A stretch of DNA of 64,000 nucleotides, taken from Candidatus Adamsella avium (GTDB taxonomy: Bacteria > Cyanobacteriota > Vampirovibrionia > Gastranaerophilales > CAJFVJ01). Made by a program: the position numbers and the translations under genes. The stretch lies in the NCBI GenBank assembly GCA_904420445.1, contig CAJFVJ010000001.1:257266-321265 (forward strand), given 5' to 3'. The notes beneath the pieces are model-generated. The model ran no database searches, was not told where the DNA came from, and was given only the letters and a program-made list of their open reading frames with translations. Each line of letters opens with the position of its first letter. Within the stretch, counting starts at the first letter, position 1. Shown here piece by piece: positions 46,143-55,686 of the stretch.

Positions 46143-46632
46143 AATAGAAGCTGTTTTATTTATCAGCGGTAAAGCTTTGAGTGTTGAAGAAATTGCCGAA
46201 GTCTTGAACGAGCCTGCTGAGGATATTGAAATGCAGCTTTTGGAACTTATTATGGACTATTCTTCAAGAGATGGAGCACTTGAAGTTGATGATGAAGACG
46301 GATACATAATCCAGGTCCGTGAAGAATATATGGATATTGTAGAAAAAATGGTTCCGGTAGAATTTTCTCAGGCTGTCCTGAAAACATTGTCCGTTATCGC
46401 AATCAAAGAGCCGATAAGGCAGGCTCATCTTAAAGAGCTGAGAGGGGCGAATGCTTATGAGCATGTTCAGGAACTCGAAGAAAAAGGAATGATTTCAAGA
46501 AAACGTGATAAAAAGAACGGGCGCTCGTTTATCATTAGAACGACACCGAAGTTTGCCGAGTATTTTAAAATTAAAGGCGATACGAACGTTCTTGCCAAAA
46601 TGATTGAACAACAAGGAAAAATCAGTGACTAA
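46126..46632 (+). CDS. scpB: Segregation and condensation protein B
   Basis: IEAVLFISGKALSVEEIAEVL start and a second winged-helix region (LSVIAIKEPIRQAHLKELRG). Overlaps the scpA end. Confidence 0.85.
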   Translation: MSLKSRIEAVLFISGKALSVEEIAEVLNEPAEDIEMQLLELIMDYSSRDGALEVDDEDGYIIQVREEYMDIVEKMVPVEFSQAVLKTLSVIAIKEPIRQAHLKELRGANAYEHVQELEEKGMISRKRDKKNGRSFIIRTTPKFAEYFKIKGDTNVLAKMIEQQGKISD

Positions 46633-47323
46633 GACAGCTAAGGATGCGTTAGAAAGAATAAAAAATAAGGTGATAATTTCCTCTCAGGCAATGAAAGGGG
46701 AGCCTCTTTATGAAGAGTGTGCCATGAATGCAATGATACAATCTGTTCTTAATGGCGGCGCAGGCGGACTCAGACTTGCAGGCGAACGAGATATCAGAAA
46801 TGCAAGAAAGATGACGGATTTGCCGATTATCGGGATTACAAAGCCTGATAAGCTTCCTGAAAACTGGATTGAGAGAGTTTATATTACTCCATCAAGAGAA
46901 GATGCAAAGAAAGTTGCTGATGCTGGCGCTGATATTGTGGCATTTGACGGAACCTCAAGAAATCGGGAATGCGAAGACACACTTGAAGATTTGATAGCAT
47001 TTGTTAAAAAAGAGCAAAAATTTGCGATGGCTGATATCTCAACAAAAGAGGAAGCCATAAACTGTGAGAAACTCGGGGTTGATATCGTATCAACAACTTT
47101 GGCGGGCTATACAAAAGAAACTCAAAATATTGATATGTCTTCTCCTGATTGGGCTTTGTTATCAGAGTTAACAAAAAGCTTGAAATGCCCTGTAATCCTT
47201 GAAGGCAGAATATGGACGCCTGAAGATGTGCGCAAGGCTTTTGATTTGGGGGCTTATGCGGTTGTTGTCGGGTCTGCCGTGACAAGACCCCAGCTTATTA
47301 CAAAAAGATTTGTCGAAGCATAG
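46604..47323 (+). CDS. nanE: N-acetylmannosamine-6-phosphate 2-epimerase
   Basis: 239 aa. VIISSQA, PIIGITK, AFDGTSR, MADIST.EEA, STTLAGYT, ILEGRIWTPE, VVVGSAVTRP match the NanE pattern. Start overlaps scpB by 29 nt. Confidence 0.85.
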   Translation: MNNKEKSVTKTAKDALERIKNKVIISSQAMKGEPLYEECAMNAMIQSVLNGGAGGLRLAGERDIRNARKMTDLPIIGITKPDKLPENWIERVYITPSREDAKKVADAGADIVAFDGTSRNRECEDTLEDLIAFVKKEQKFAMADISTKEEAINCEKLGVDIVSTTLAGYTKETQNIDMSSPDWALLSELTKSLKCPVILEGRIWTPEDVRKAFDLGAYAVVVGSAVTRPQLITKRFVEA

Positions 47324-47335
47324 AGGAGTTTTCCA

Positions 47336-48280
47336 ATGGATAAGAAGGTGATAGCTATTGATATAGGCGGCACAAAAATCAGCTTGGCTGTTGTGTCAGG
47401 AGGGAAGATTGTTTCTGAAGTGGAAAAATTTTCTACGCCAAAAACTGCCGGGGCTATTTTGGACAAAATTTTGGATAATATAGATAAGATACTCAAGAGT
47501 TATAAAGACGGCAAAATCGCTGCGGTTGCTTTTGCAACGGCAGGAGCGGTTAATCTTGATAATACACGTGTTATCGGTTCTACCGGAAATTTGCCAAAAG
47601 GATATACCGATTTGAATTTTGCAGAAGCAATAAAGAACAGATTTTCTTTAGGGGTGTTTATTGAGAATGATGCAAATGCGGCAGCTTATGCCGAGTATAA
47701 AATTGGTGCTGCAAAGGGGCATGAAAATACAATCACCGTAACTTTAGGAACAGGTGTCGGCGGTGGGATAGTTGTTAACGGTCGTCTGCTGCGGGGTAAA
47801 TCAGGTGCAGCCGGCGAAGTCGGACATCTCAGGATGAGGGAAGAAAAGAGATTTTATTGTACCTGCGGGCATTATGACTGTTGGGAAGCTTATGCTTCTG
47901 GTACGGGTTATGCGAGGATTGCCAGAGAAGAGTTGAAAAATTATCCTCAAGATAAAAAAACTTACCTTCATTTGAAACCTGTTGAAGAGATTACTTCTTA
48001 TGATGTTTTGGAGGGAGTCAGAGAGAACGATGAACTTTCCAAAAAAATTCATGAGAGATGGGAAACAATGGTTGTGAAAGGGTTGATTTCTTTAGCCAAT
48101 GTTTTTGACCCTGACAGCATTGTCCTAAGCGGAGGAATGGCAGATTTTGTCGATTTTGAAAAAGTTCAAAGGATTATGGATGAAAGTCTTGTTGTACCGA
48201 ATGTGAATATTCTCAGGGCACAAGCAGGCAACTATGCAGGCATGCTGGGTGCTGCTTTACTTGCTGAGGAACGTTTTTAA
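47336..48280 (+). CDS. ROK family sugar kinase (N-acetylmannosamine/glucose kinase type)
   Basis: 314 aa. IAIDIGGTKI, ENDANAAA, GTGVGGG, CTCGHYDCWEAYASG zinc motif. Confidence 0.88.
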   Translation: MDKKVIAIDIGGTKISLAVVSGGKIVSEVEKFSTPKTAGAILDKILDNIDKILKSYKDGKIAAVAFATAGAVNLDNTRVIGSTGNLPKGYTDLNFAEAIKNRFSLGVFIENDANAAAYAEYKIGAAKGHENTITVTLGTGVGGGIVVNGRLLRGKSGAAGEVGHLRMREEKRFYCTCGHYDCWEAYASGTGYARIAREELKNYPQDKKTYLHLKPVEEITSYDVLEGVRENDELSKKIHERWETMVVKGLISLANVFDPDSIVLSGGMADFVDFEKVQRIMDESLVVPNVNILRAQAGNYAGMLGAALLAEERF

Positions 48281-49305
48281 TGAAGATTGAAATAGAAAAA
48301 CCAAGGATAAAGATGGCTGTTGAGTTTTATGTCTTGATGGCATTATTGGTCCTGTTTATAGCGGGGTATATTTTTGCATGTTCCTTTTTTTATAAAGAGT
48401 TGCAAGCAGAAAGTATATTTGATTTTATATCAAAAATTAAAGCTGATGATTATAACAATCTTTATAATGAATACCGTGACACCGTAAGATACTGGAAAAT
48501 GACCACCGGATTTTTTGCGTTTTGTTTGATTTTTCCCGTGTGGTCGATGGTTTATTATTTTATAAATCTTTATAACAAACTTAATCTGAAGTATTTTATA
48601 GCAGACCACAACTCCGTCAAGCTTGTGTGTAAAAAAGCCGGTAAGACTGAAGTTCTGCAGTTTCTTTATGATGAAATTGAGAATTTTATTGTAGAGCTGT
48701 ATTATACAAAAAGTATGGAAAGGATAAACGGTCGTGTTGTATCCGGTTCAGATGTTTTCAGGTTTGACTATATTGGTATTGGTATAGATGTTAAATCAAA
48801 TATTGACAGCAAAAGATTAATGCTTAAACAAAAAATAGTAGAAACGGCATCTTTTTGGAACTCGATGGACTCTCTTGGCCTTGGAAATGAATCAGATAGA
48901 TGTTTATTCAAATTGCGAAAAGATGTTAACGATATTTATAAATTTATAAACCTGAAAAACAAGGTGAAGAAGCTTTCTATAATTTATGGGGCGTTTGTTC
49001 CTGAAAATGTGAAAGAGCAAATTGAACAATATGAAAAAAGTCTGGATGTTTCTGATAACACATTTGATAAACCGCAGCTGTCAGCAGGAAAACAGCCTGT
49101 AAAATCACATATACAGATTGATAGAAAAAAGTATATGCAGAAAGCTAAAATTCCGAATGTTATTGGCAGAAACACCGGAGACATGGTGAAAAGTATAGTT
49201 ATTCCGTTTATATTGTCAATTGTATTTATGTTTCTAGTCTTTATTACGTTTTTATTGAAGAAATATTACAATATTGAGGTTGATTTGTCCAAATTGTTTA
49301 TGTAG
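48280..49305 (+). CDS. Hypothetical membrane protein (3 TM)
   Basis: 341 aa. The ATG shares one base with the kinase TAA stop (TAATG). No recognised motif. Confidence 0.6.
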   Translation: MKIEIEKPRIKMAVEFYVLMALLVLFIAGYIFACSFFYKELQAESIFDFISKIKADDYNNLYNEYRDTVRYWKMTTGFFAFCLIFPVWSMVYYFINLYNKLNLKYFIADHNSVKLVCKKAGKTEVLQFLYDEIENFIVELYYTKSMERINGRVVSGSDVFRFDYIGIGIDVKSNIDSKRLMLKQKIVETASFWNSMDSLGLGNESDRCLFKLRKDVNDIYKFINLKNKVKKLSIIYGAFVPENVKEQIEQYEKSLDVSDNTFDKPQLSAGKQPVKSHIQIDRKKYMQKAKIPNVIGRNTGDMVKSIVIPFILSIVFMFLVFITFLLKKYYNIEVDLSKLFM

Positions 49306-49481
49306 AAAATTTTGCAAAAAATAAATGCGACACGTAATACGGTCGCATCAGTCAAGAAAGGAATGGTTAGACTATTAACAATATTGATTATTACACAAAT
49401 AATTTAGTATTGCAATATTTAACATAATTTTTACAATATCTCTAAAATTTTACTGATTTTCCTTTTGATTATTTTGGGGTT

Positions 49482-51851
49482 ATGATTAATTTAACACTTG
49501 ATTCTAGGGAGTTTGCAGTGAATAAAAAATGGATTTATAAAAAAATAGGTGAACCTTCTGAGGAGTTAATTAACTTTACAAAAAGTAACATTCTGGCTGA
49601 GTTGCTTGTTTCAAGAGGCATACAAACAGTGTCTGATGCTGAGGAATTTCTTTATCCCGAGAGAGGGAGAGAGATTTCGCCTTATGCTTTTTGTGATATG
49701 CCGAAAGCTGTCGACAGAATATTGAAGAGTATTGAGAAAAAAGAGAAGATAATTATCTTCGGTGACTTTGACTGCGATGGTGTGACAAGTACTTCTTTGA
49801 TGGTGAAAACACTCTGCAATCTCGGGGCGGATGTTGATTTTTATGTCCCTGACAGAAAAAAAGAAGGTCACGGGTTGAATAATGCCGCAATATGCCGTCT
49901 TATCAGCGCAGCGAAGGCGAAGTTGATTATTACTGTTGACTGCGGTGTCAGCAATCTGAAAGAGATTAATATAGCAAAAACTTTCGGATGTGATGTAATT
50001 ATTACTGACCACCATGAGGCGCCTGATGAGCTTCCTGCTGCTTATGCAATCATCAATCCCAAGGCTCCGAATTCTCTTGAGCCATCTCTTGAGGCACATG
50101 AAATAGTATCATTGAATTATTTAGCCGGGGTGGGAGTTGCTTATAAACTGGCGCGTGCTCTTCTCGAGAAGTTTGAGAAACTTGATTTCGTCAAAGAAAT
50201 CCTTCCTCTTGTTGCTTTAGGCACAATAGGCGATGTTGTGCCTTTATTGTATGAAAATCGTCTTTTGGTGAAAAAAGGAATTGAGGCGATATTGGAAGTT
50301 CACCCGAAAGGGATTCTCAAGCTGGTTGAAATAAGCGGTCTTGATTCAGAAAATTTGAGTGCTGATGGTTTTGCCTTCGGGCTTGTACCGAGGATTAATG
50401 CAGCAGGACGTCTTGAAACCGCTCATTGTGCTATAGAGCTTTTGATATCTGATAATGAGGAGGTTATTGCGCTCAACGCCGAGAAATTGCAGAGTTTGAA
50501 TGTTCTGCGCCAGACTTACTGCCATGATACTTATGAGCAGGCGCTTGCTTTGTTATCAAAAGAGGATATGAAAAAGAATAAGGCGATTATTCTTTATGAT
50601 GAGAATTGGAACGCCGGCATCATCGGGATTGTTGCCTCAAAGTTGTGCGAAACATTCAACCGTCCTGTTTTTTTGATTACATCTGATGAACAATATTTGA
50701 GATGCTCTTCAAGAGGTATCAACGGGCTGAATCTCTATGATGTTTTGTATGAGATAAGGGACGAGCTTGAAGTTTTCGGAGGGCACGCAAAAGCCGCCGG
50801 ATTCAGTGCTGCGAAAGAAAAGTTAGAAATAATCTCAAAGAAAATACATGAATTTGTGAATGAGAATTTGAGTGATGAAGATCTTATCCCATCTGTTGAA
50901 ATTGAATGCGAACTTGACGCCGGTGATGTTGATATAGAATTTGCGAGAACGGTTGATAAACTTGCTCCCTTTGGAGAAAAAAATCCTCAGCCCGTTTTTT
51001 GCATAAAAGATTTTGAGGTCGTTCAACAGCGTGCTATCGGAAATAATAAAAATCATCTTAAACTTACATTGAAAAAAGATGACAAGGTCTTTGAGGCTTT
51101 ATGCTGGAACACGGCTGATTTAGGATTGAAAGAAGAGGACAGGGTTGACGCTGCTTTTTTGACCAAGCTGAATTTTTTCAACAACAACTATAGTGTTCAG
51201 CTTGAAATTCAGGACATAAAAAGCGAAAACCTGAATTCATCTGCTTCAAATAATGTTAAATATATTGACCATCGTATGAAACCTGGAATTGAGAAAATAT
51301 TTTTCAATTATTTGAAGACAACAAAAACAACTATCTCCATTTTTGCAGAGAATAAAGCCACTTGTGAATATTTGTCTTCGCAGAATTTGTGCAATGCAAA
51401 TGTAATAAACAGGCTTGATGTTGCTCCTGTAAGCCAGCTTGTCTTTTTTGATATTCCTCCGACCCGTGAGGTAGTTGATGAACTTGTCGAAAAATCTCAT
51501 GCGAAGGTTGTCCACTGCTTGAGAAAAAATTCTCTCGGGCTTGTTCCTGTTGAAGTTCTAAAGACATTATCAGGCATGCTCAAATATGCCGATTCAAAAT
51601 TGGGCGGAATGATTGATGTTTCTCTTCTTGCTTCAAAGTTGTGTATATCTTCTCAGGCTTTTGAAGCAGCAGTAAGATTGTTTCAATCTTCCGAGATAAT
51701 AGAAATTCTTGATGAAGATATGCCTTCGATGAAAATAAGATTTATCCAGCCGAAGGATATAAACTCTCTTAGGGCTTGTGATGAATATGAGGAGTTTTCA
51801 AAGGCTGTCGAAGAGATAAATGATTTTCGAAATAATTTCGAACTTGTATAA
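49482..51851 (+). CDS. recJ: Single-stranded-DNA-specific exonuclease RecJ (long form)
   Basis: 789 aa. GDFDCDGVTS, VDCG, ITDHHE (DHH) and DHHA1 GGH motifs. Confidence 0.9.
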   Translation: MINLTLDSREFAVNKKWIYKKIGEPSEELINFTKSNILAELLVSRGIQTVSDAEEFLYPERGREISPYAFCDMPKAVDRILKSIEKKEKIIIFGDFDCDGVTSTSLMVKTLCNLGADVDFYVPDRKKEGHGLNNAAICRLISAAKAKLIITVDCGVSNLKEINIAKTFGCDVIITDHHEAPDELPAAYAIINPKAPNSLEPSLEAHEIVSLNYLAGVGVAYKLARALLEKFEKLDFVKEILPLVALGTIGDVVPLLYENRLLVKKGIEAILEVHPKGILKLVEISGLDSENLSADGFAFGLVPRINAAGRLETAHCAIELLISDNEEVIALNAEKLQSLNVLRQTYCHDTYEQALALLSKEDMKKNKAIILYDENWNAGIIGIVASKLCETFNRPVFLITSDEQYLRCSSRGINGLNLYDVLYEIRDELEVFGGHAKAAGFSAAKEKLEIISKKIHEFVNENLSDEDLIPSVEIECELDAGDVDIEFARTVDKLAPFGEKNPQPVFCIKDFEVVQQRAIGNNKNHLKLTLKKDDKVFEALCWNTADLGLKEEDRVDAAFLTKLNFFNNNYSVQLEIQDIKSENLNSSASNNVKYIDHRMKPGIEKIFFNYLKTTKTTISIFAENKATCEYLSSQNLCNANVINRLDVAPVSQLVFFDIPPTREVVDELVEKSHAKVVHCLRKNSLGLVPVEVLKTLSGMLKYADSKLGGMIDVSLLASKLCISSQAFEAAVRLFQSSEIIEILDEDMPSMKIRFIQPKDINSLRACDEYEEFSKAVEEINDFRNNFELV

Positions 51852-51860
51852 AATACAACA

Positions 51861-51888
51861 AAAAAGGAGGCTGTTTTGCCTCCTTTTT
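51861..51888. terminator. Bidirectional rho-independent terminator
   Basis: AAAAAGGAGGC(TGTTTT)GCCTCCTTTTT between the convergent recJ and 51908..52321. Confidence 0.8.
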
Positions 51889-51907
51889 GTTGTTTAAGCT
51901 TTTTGCC

Positions 51908-52321
51908 TTATAAACTTTCTGTTTCAACAGCGCTCATATTGCTGTTTATTTTCTTCATTGCAGAGTCAAGGCTTCTCATTCTTTTTTTGACGTCTCTGAT
52001 ATTTTGTTCCATGCTTCTGCGTTCTTCTTTGACAGCTTTTTGTCTTGTTTTAATTTCTGTTAACTTTGCTTCGTATTCAGCAAGCTGAGTTTTTACGTCA
52101 GTTTGAGCGCTTTCAATTTTCAGGACTGCATCCTGGAGTTTAACATTTTGTTTTGAGTATTGTTCGGCTCTGTCTTTGATGTTTATTTTTGCTGCATCCT
52201 GTTGAGTTGTTGTGGTTGTAGCGGGTTGTATTTCTACTTCTTCAAGAGTGAAGGCATCTGCAAATGCATTCCCGCAGGAAACGGTTGCACAAAGTACCAA
52301 AGCTGCTAAAAATCTTTTCAT
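51908..52321 (-). CDS. Secreted coiled-coil protein (hypothetical)
   Basis: 137 aa. Signal peptide MKRFLAALVLCATVSCGNAFA, then heptad-like K/E/Q-rich sequence. AGGAGG SD. Confidence 0.6.
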   Translation of the reverse strand: MKRFLAALVLCATVSCGNAFADAFTLEEVEIQPATTTTTQQDAAKINIKDRAEQYSKQNVKLQDAVLKIESAQTDVKTQLAEYEAKLTEIKTRQKAVKEERRSMEQNIRDVKKRMRSLDSAMKKINSNMSAVETESL

Positions 52322-52375
52322 CTATAATCCTCCTTTTATTCCCTTAGCGATTAATTCATACTAAACCATATGTTG

Positions 52376-52403
52376 ATTATATCATTAATGTTATTTTAGG
52401 CAA
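52376..52403 (-). promoter_or_regulatory. Sigma-70-type promoter for 51908..52321
   Basis: Reverse strand TTGCCT(52403..52398)-N16-TATAAT(52381..52376). Confidence 0.4.
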
Positions 52404-52431
52404 AAGTATTTAATCAAAATATCAACCATAT

Positions 52432-52605
52432 TTACCAAAATTGCCACCATTTTTTGTTGTTTCTTTTTTTTGACACGATTTTGATAATCAAATCTATCTC
52501 TTCTTCGCTCAGGTCAAAGTGCAGCTTGAGCTGTTCCATGTAGTTGTTGAGGGATTTGATTATGAGGTCTTTATCTTTGTTTTTGAAAAATAGGGATTCC
52601 AACAT
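52432..52605 (-). CDS. Candidate 57-codon small ORF (MLESLFFKNKDKDLIIKSLNNYMEQLKLHFDLSEEEIDLIIK...)
   Basis: Below the track cutoff. AGGAAAAA SD-like sequence directly upstream of ATG 52605. Confidence 0.3.
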   Translation of the reverse strand: MLESLFFKNKDKDLIIKSLNNYMEQLKLHFDLSEEEIDLIIKIVSKKRNNKKWWQFW

Positions 52606-52720
52606 TTTTTCCTGAAATTAAAATCTAAAATACTACTACCAATATATATTTATTTATCTTTTTTTTCATCAGAAGAATTGTTAATAGAGTTTTTAAATTT
52701 AAGTGTTAAAAATGAACTTA

Positions 52721-52854
52721 TATAGCAAATTCCACAGATACTATTAAAAATCTGTCATTCTGAGGGTTTTATCCCGAAGAATCCTTTTTATTCAGATACT
52801 TCGCTAACGCTCAGTATGACGTTGTTTTGAAAATTTTTGGCGGAATTTGCTATA
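52721..52854. repeat. Nested inverted-repeat element (MITE/REP-like)
   Basis: - Outer 15-bp inverted repeat: TATAGCAAATTCCAC (52721..52735) vs GCGGAATTTGCTATA (52840..52854), 14/15.
- Inner repeat: GTCATTCTGAG (52754..52764) vs CTCAGTATGAC (52810..52820), 10/11.
- Further pairing: GAAGAATC/GATACTTC. Confidence 0.55.
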
Positions 52855-52948
52855 CAAATCCCGTTAAAAAACAGTTTCAAAAAAAAACAATAGATGATAG
52901 AATTGTCATAAGTTAGTCATATGTATAAAAGAGAGTTCTAAAGAAATT

Positions 52949-54889
52949 ATGAAAGATGCTGTTATGGAAAATTCGACTGCAAATAAGTTAGAAAATTACA
53001 AATCAACTATCAAGCAGGCACTAAAAGTTTTGAAAAAGAAAAATTTATCACTGATTGTTCATGGCTCAAGCTTCCCGTCACTTCCTGAGGAAGACACAGG
53101 CTTTGGTTCTCCGAATTCAGCAGGGGCAAGAGAGCTTGTTAATTTTGTTAGCGGGATATTCGGCAGTATACAACTCGGACCGGCAGGAAAAACAAAAGGA
53201 ATAGACTCATCACCTTATACGGGTACAATTTTTTCAAGCAACCCGTTGTTTATTGATTTGAAACCTCTTACGGAAAAAGAGTGGGGGAATATTCTCTCTG
53301 AGCAGACTTATCAAAATATTGTAAACAACAACCCGAGCAGAGGCACAAACAAAACAGCGTACTCTTATATTTTCAAACAGCAGGATGAAGCGCTGAAGGA
53401 AGCTTATAATAATTTCAAAGCAAAGGCTTCAAAAGAGTTGAAAAAACTTGCAAAAGATTTTGAAAATTACAAAGAAGATAATAAAAGCTGGCTTGAAAAA
53501 GATGCATTATATGAAGCTCTGAGCGAGAAAAACGGAAATGATTACTGGCCTTCCTGGACTGATGAAACGGATAAAAATCTTTTCAATCCGAAATCTGAAG
53601 ATGAAAAGAAAGCCTGCAAGCAGAGAATTCGGGAAATAAAGAAAAAATACGCCGATGTTATTGACTACTACAGCTTCTGTCAGTTTGTTGCCGACAAACA
53701 AAAAGCAGAATTTTTGAAATTTGCCAAAAAAGAAAAAGTCAAACTGATTGCAGACAGACAGGTAGCTTTCTCTGACCGTGATTACTGGGCTTATCAATCA
53801 TTGTTCCTTGATGGTTGGAATCTTGGTTGTCCTCCTGATTATTTTTCGGAAGACGGGCAGGCATGGGGATTCCCTGTTGTTGACCCTGAGAAGATGTTTA
53901 CAAAAACAGGTTCTCTTGGTGAAGGCGGCAAGCTTATGAAGGCTTTGTATCGAAAAATGTTCAGAGAAAACCCGGGCGGGGTAAGAATTGACCACCTTGT
54001 CGGGCTGATTGACCCGTGGGTTTATAAATCAGGAGCAAAGCCGAAGATTGAAGAAGGTGCGGGAAGACTTTATTCTTCTCCTGAACATCCTGAGTTGGGC
54101 AAATATGCAATTGCCACTATGGATGATTTGGATTTGACTCTTGAAGCTGATAAAGAACACCGTGTCAAAACGCTGACAAAAGAGCAGATTAAAAAATACG
54201 GCGCTTTGATTTCAAAAGTTGTTATTGCTGCTGCAGAAGAAGAAGGACAGAGCAAAGATAATATTATCTGCGAAGATTTGGGCACACTGACTTACCCTGT
54301 TGAGTGCGTTATGAAAGAATATGAACTCAAAGGGATGAGATTGACACAGTTTGTTGTCCCAGAAAAGCCGAAGCATCCTTACAGATGCTGCAATATTGTT
54401 GCCAACAGCTGGGTTATGGTGGGAACACATGATAATGAGCCGATTGCGATGTGGGCTGATAAGCTTGTGAACACTCATGAAGCTTACCTGCATGCAAAAA
54501 ATCTTGTTGCAGACTTGCTTCCGAAAGAAAAAGCATCTCAAACTGATGATATTATTTGCAGATTGACGAGTGACCGTGATTTTCTGATTCAGACAAAACT
54601 TGTTGAGATGTTTGCAAGCAAGGCAGAGAACGTCCAGATTTTCTTCAGCGATTTCTTTGGAATTTATGATGTCTACAATAAACCGGGAACTTCAGGCGAT
54701 CAGAACTGGTCATTGAGAGTTCCTGATAATTTCGAAGAATTTTATTTTGAGCAGTTGAAGAAAAATCAGGGAATAAACCTTCCTGAGATTTTGAAACTTG
54801 CAATTGAAACAAAGGGAGAAGCTTTTGTCAGCAAGCATTCAGAGCTTGTTCAGCAGCTTGCTGAGGCGGCAGAAGCGTTGAAGCACTAA
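52949..54889 (+). CDS. malQ: 4-alpha-glucanotransferase (amylomaltase, GH77)
   Basis: 646 aa. VRIDHLVGL and ICEDLGTL catalytic motifs, HDN block. Confidence 0.88.
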   Translation: MKDAVMENSTANKLENYKSTIKQALKVLKKKNLSLIVHGSSFPSLPEEDTGFGSPNSAGARELVNFVSGIFGSIQLGPAGKTKGIDSSPYTGTIFSSNPLFIDLKPLTEKEWGNILSEQTYQNIVNNNPSRGTNKTAYSYIFKQQDEALKEAYNNFKAKASKELKKLAKDFENYKEDNKSWLEKDALYEALSEKNGNDYWPSWTDETDKNLFNPKSEDEKKACKQRIREIKKKYADVIDYYSFCQFVADKQKAEFLKFAKKEKVKLIADRQVAFSDRDYWAYQSLFLDGWNLGCPPDYFSEDGQAWGFPVVDPEKMFTKTGSLGEGGKLMKALYRKMFRENPGGVRIDHLVGLIDPWVYKSGAKPKIEEGAGRLYSSPEHPELGKYAIATMDDLDLTLEADKEHRVKTLTKEQIKKYGALISKVVIAAAEEEGQSKDNIICEDLGTLTYPVECVMKEYELKGMRLTQFVVPEKPKHPYRCCNIVANSWVMVGTHDNEPIAMWADKLVNTHEAYLHAKNLVADLLPKEKASQTDDIICRLTSDRDFLIQTKLVEMFASKAENVQIFFSDFFGIYDVYNKPGTSGDQNWSLRVPDNFEEFYFEQLKKNQGINLPEILKLAIETKGEAFVSKHSELVQQLAEAAEALKH

Positions 54890-54921
54890 GATGTGGTTAA
54901 CAGTAAAGAGAGCTCTTGAAT

Positions 54922-55686
54922 TTATTCAAGGGCTCTCTTCATATAGAAATACTGCATAATTATGCCTGCTGATACGCTGAGGTTGAGTGATTCGACGTTT
55001 TTTTTCATCGGAATATCAACAAACATATCAGCCTGGTTCATCACTTCTTCGCTCAGTCCTGAGGCTTCCGAACCAAACATAATTAGAAGATTATCCTCTT
55101 CTTTGATTTCATAGAAAGGCGCTGGCTTTCTTGTTTTATCGAGGGTGGTTGCTATGAGTTTGTGCTTCGGAAATTGTTGTTTTATGTTGCCTTTGCTGAT
55201 TTTTAGGACAGGCAGTTTCCAGAGATTGCCGACAGTTGAGCGTACAACTTTCGGGTTATAAACATCAACGGTTTCTCCTGAGAGCAAGATGGCTTTGACA
55301 TCGAAGGCGGATGCTGCTCTGATTATCGTACCGAGATTGCCAGGGTCTTGAATTCCATCAAGCAATATTAACATTCCTGCGTCAATATTTTTTGTATCAA
55401 ATAACGGTTTTTCTATGACAGCTATGATTTCAGGCGGGGTGTCCGTTGTCGAGAGCTTTTTCATAATTTGCTCCGTTACAAGAAAGGTGCTTTCTTGCGG
55501 ATACTTGTTGCAGATAGCTTCGTTGTTTGAGAAGATTGCTTTTATTGTGAGGCGTGCGCTGATTGCTTCCTGCAAAACTTTTTCTCCTTCTGCAAGAAAC
55601 AGCCCGCTTTTATCCCTGTACTTTTTTTGGTGCAGGAGCTTTGTATCCGATATAAGTTTGTTGTTTATCGACGTTATTTTTTGCAT
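54922..55686 (-). CDS. TrmH/SpoU family RNA 2'-O-methyltransferase
   Basis: 254 aa. DGIQDPGNLGTIIR, LIMFGSEASGLS, LNLSVSAGI motifs. Confidence 0.88.
   Translation of the reverse strand: MQKITSINNKLISDTKLLHQKKYRDKSGLFLAEGEKVLQEAISARLTIKAIFSNNEAICNKYPQESTFLVTEQIMKKLSTTDTPPEIIAVIEKPLFDTKNIDAGMLILLDGIQDPGNLGTIIRAASAFDVKAILLSGETVDVYNPKVVRSTVGNLWKLPVLKISKGNIKQQFPKHKLIATTLDKTRKPAPFYEIKEEDNLLIMFGSEASGLSEEVMNQADMFVDIPMKKNVESLNLSVSAGIIMQYFYMKRALE

Noticed and set aside
49325-49348. ATGCGAC(N10)GTCGCAT hairpin after the 48280..49305 gene
   Set aside because: The stem is 7 bp with a 10-nt loop and no following T-tract, so the evidence for an intrinsic terminator is weak.
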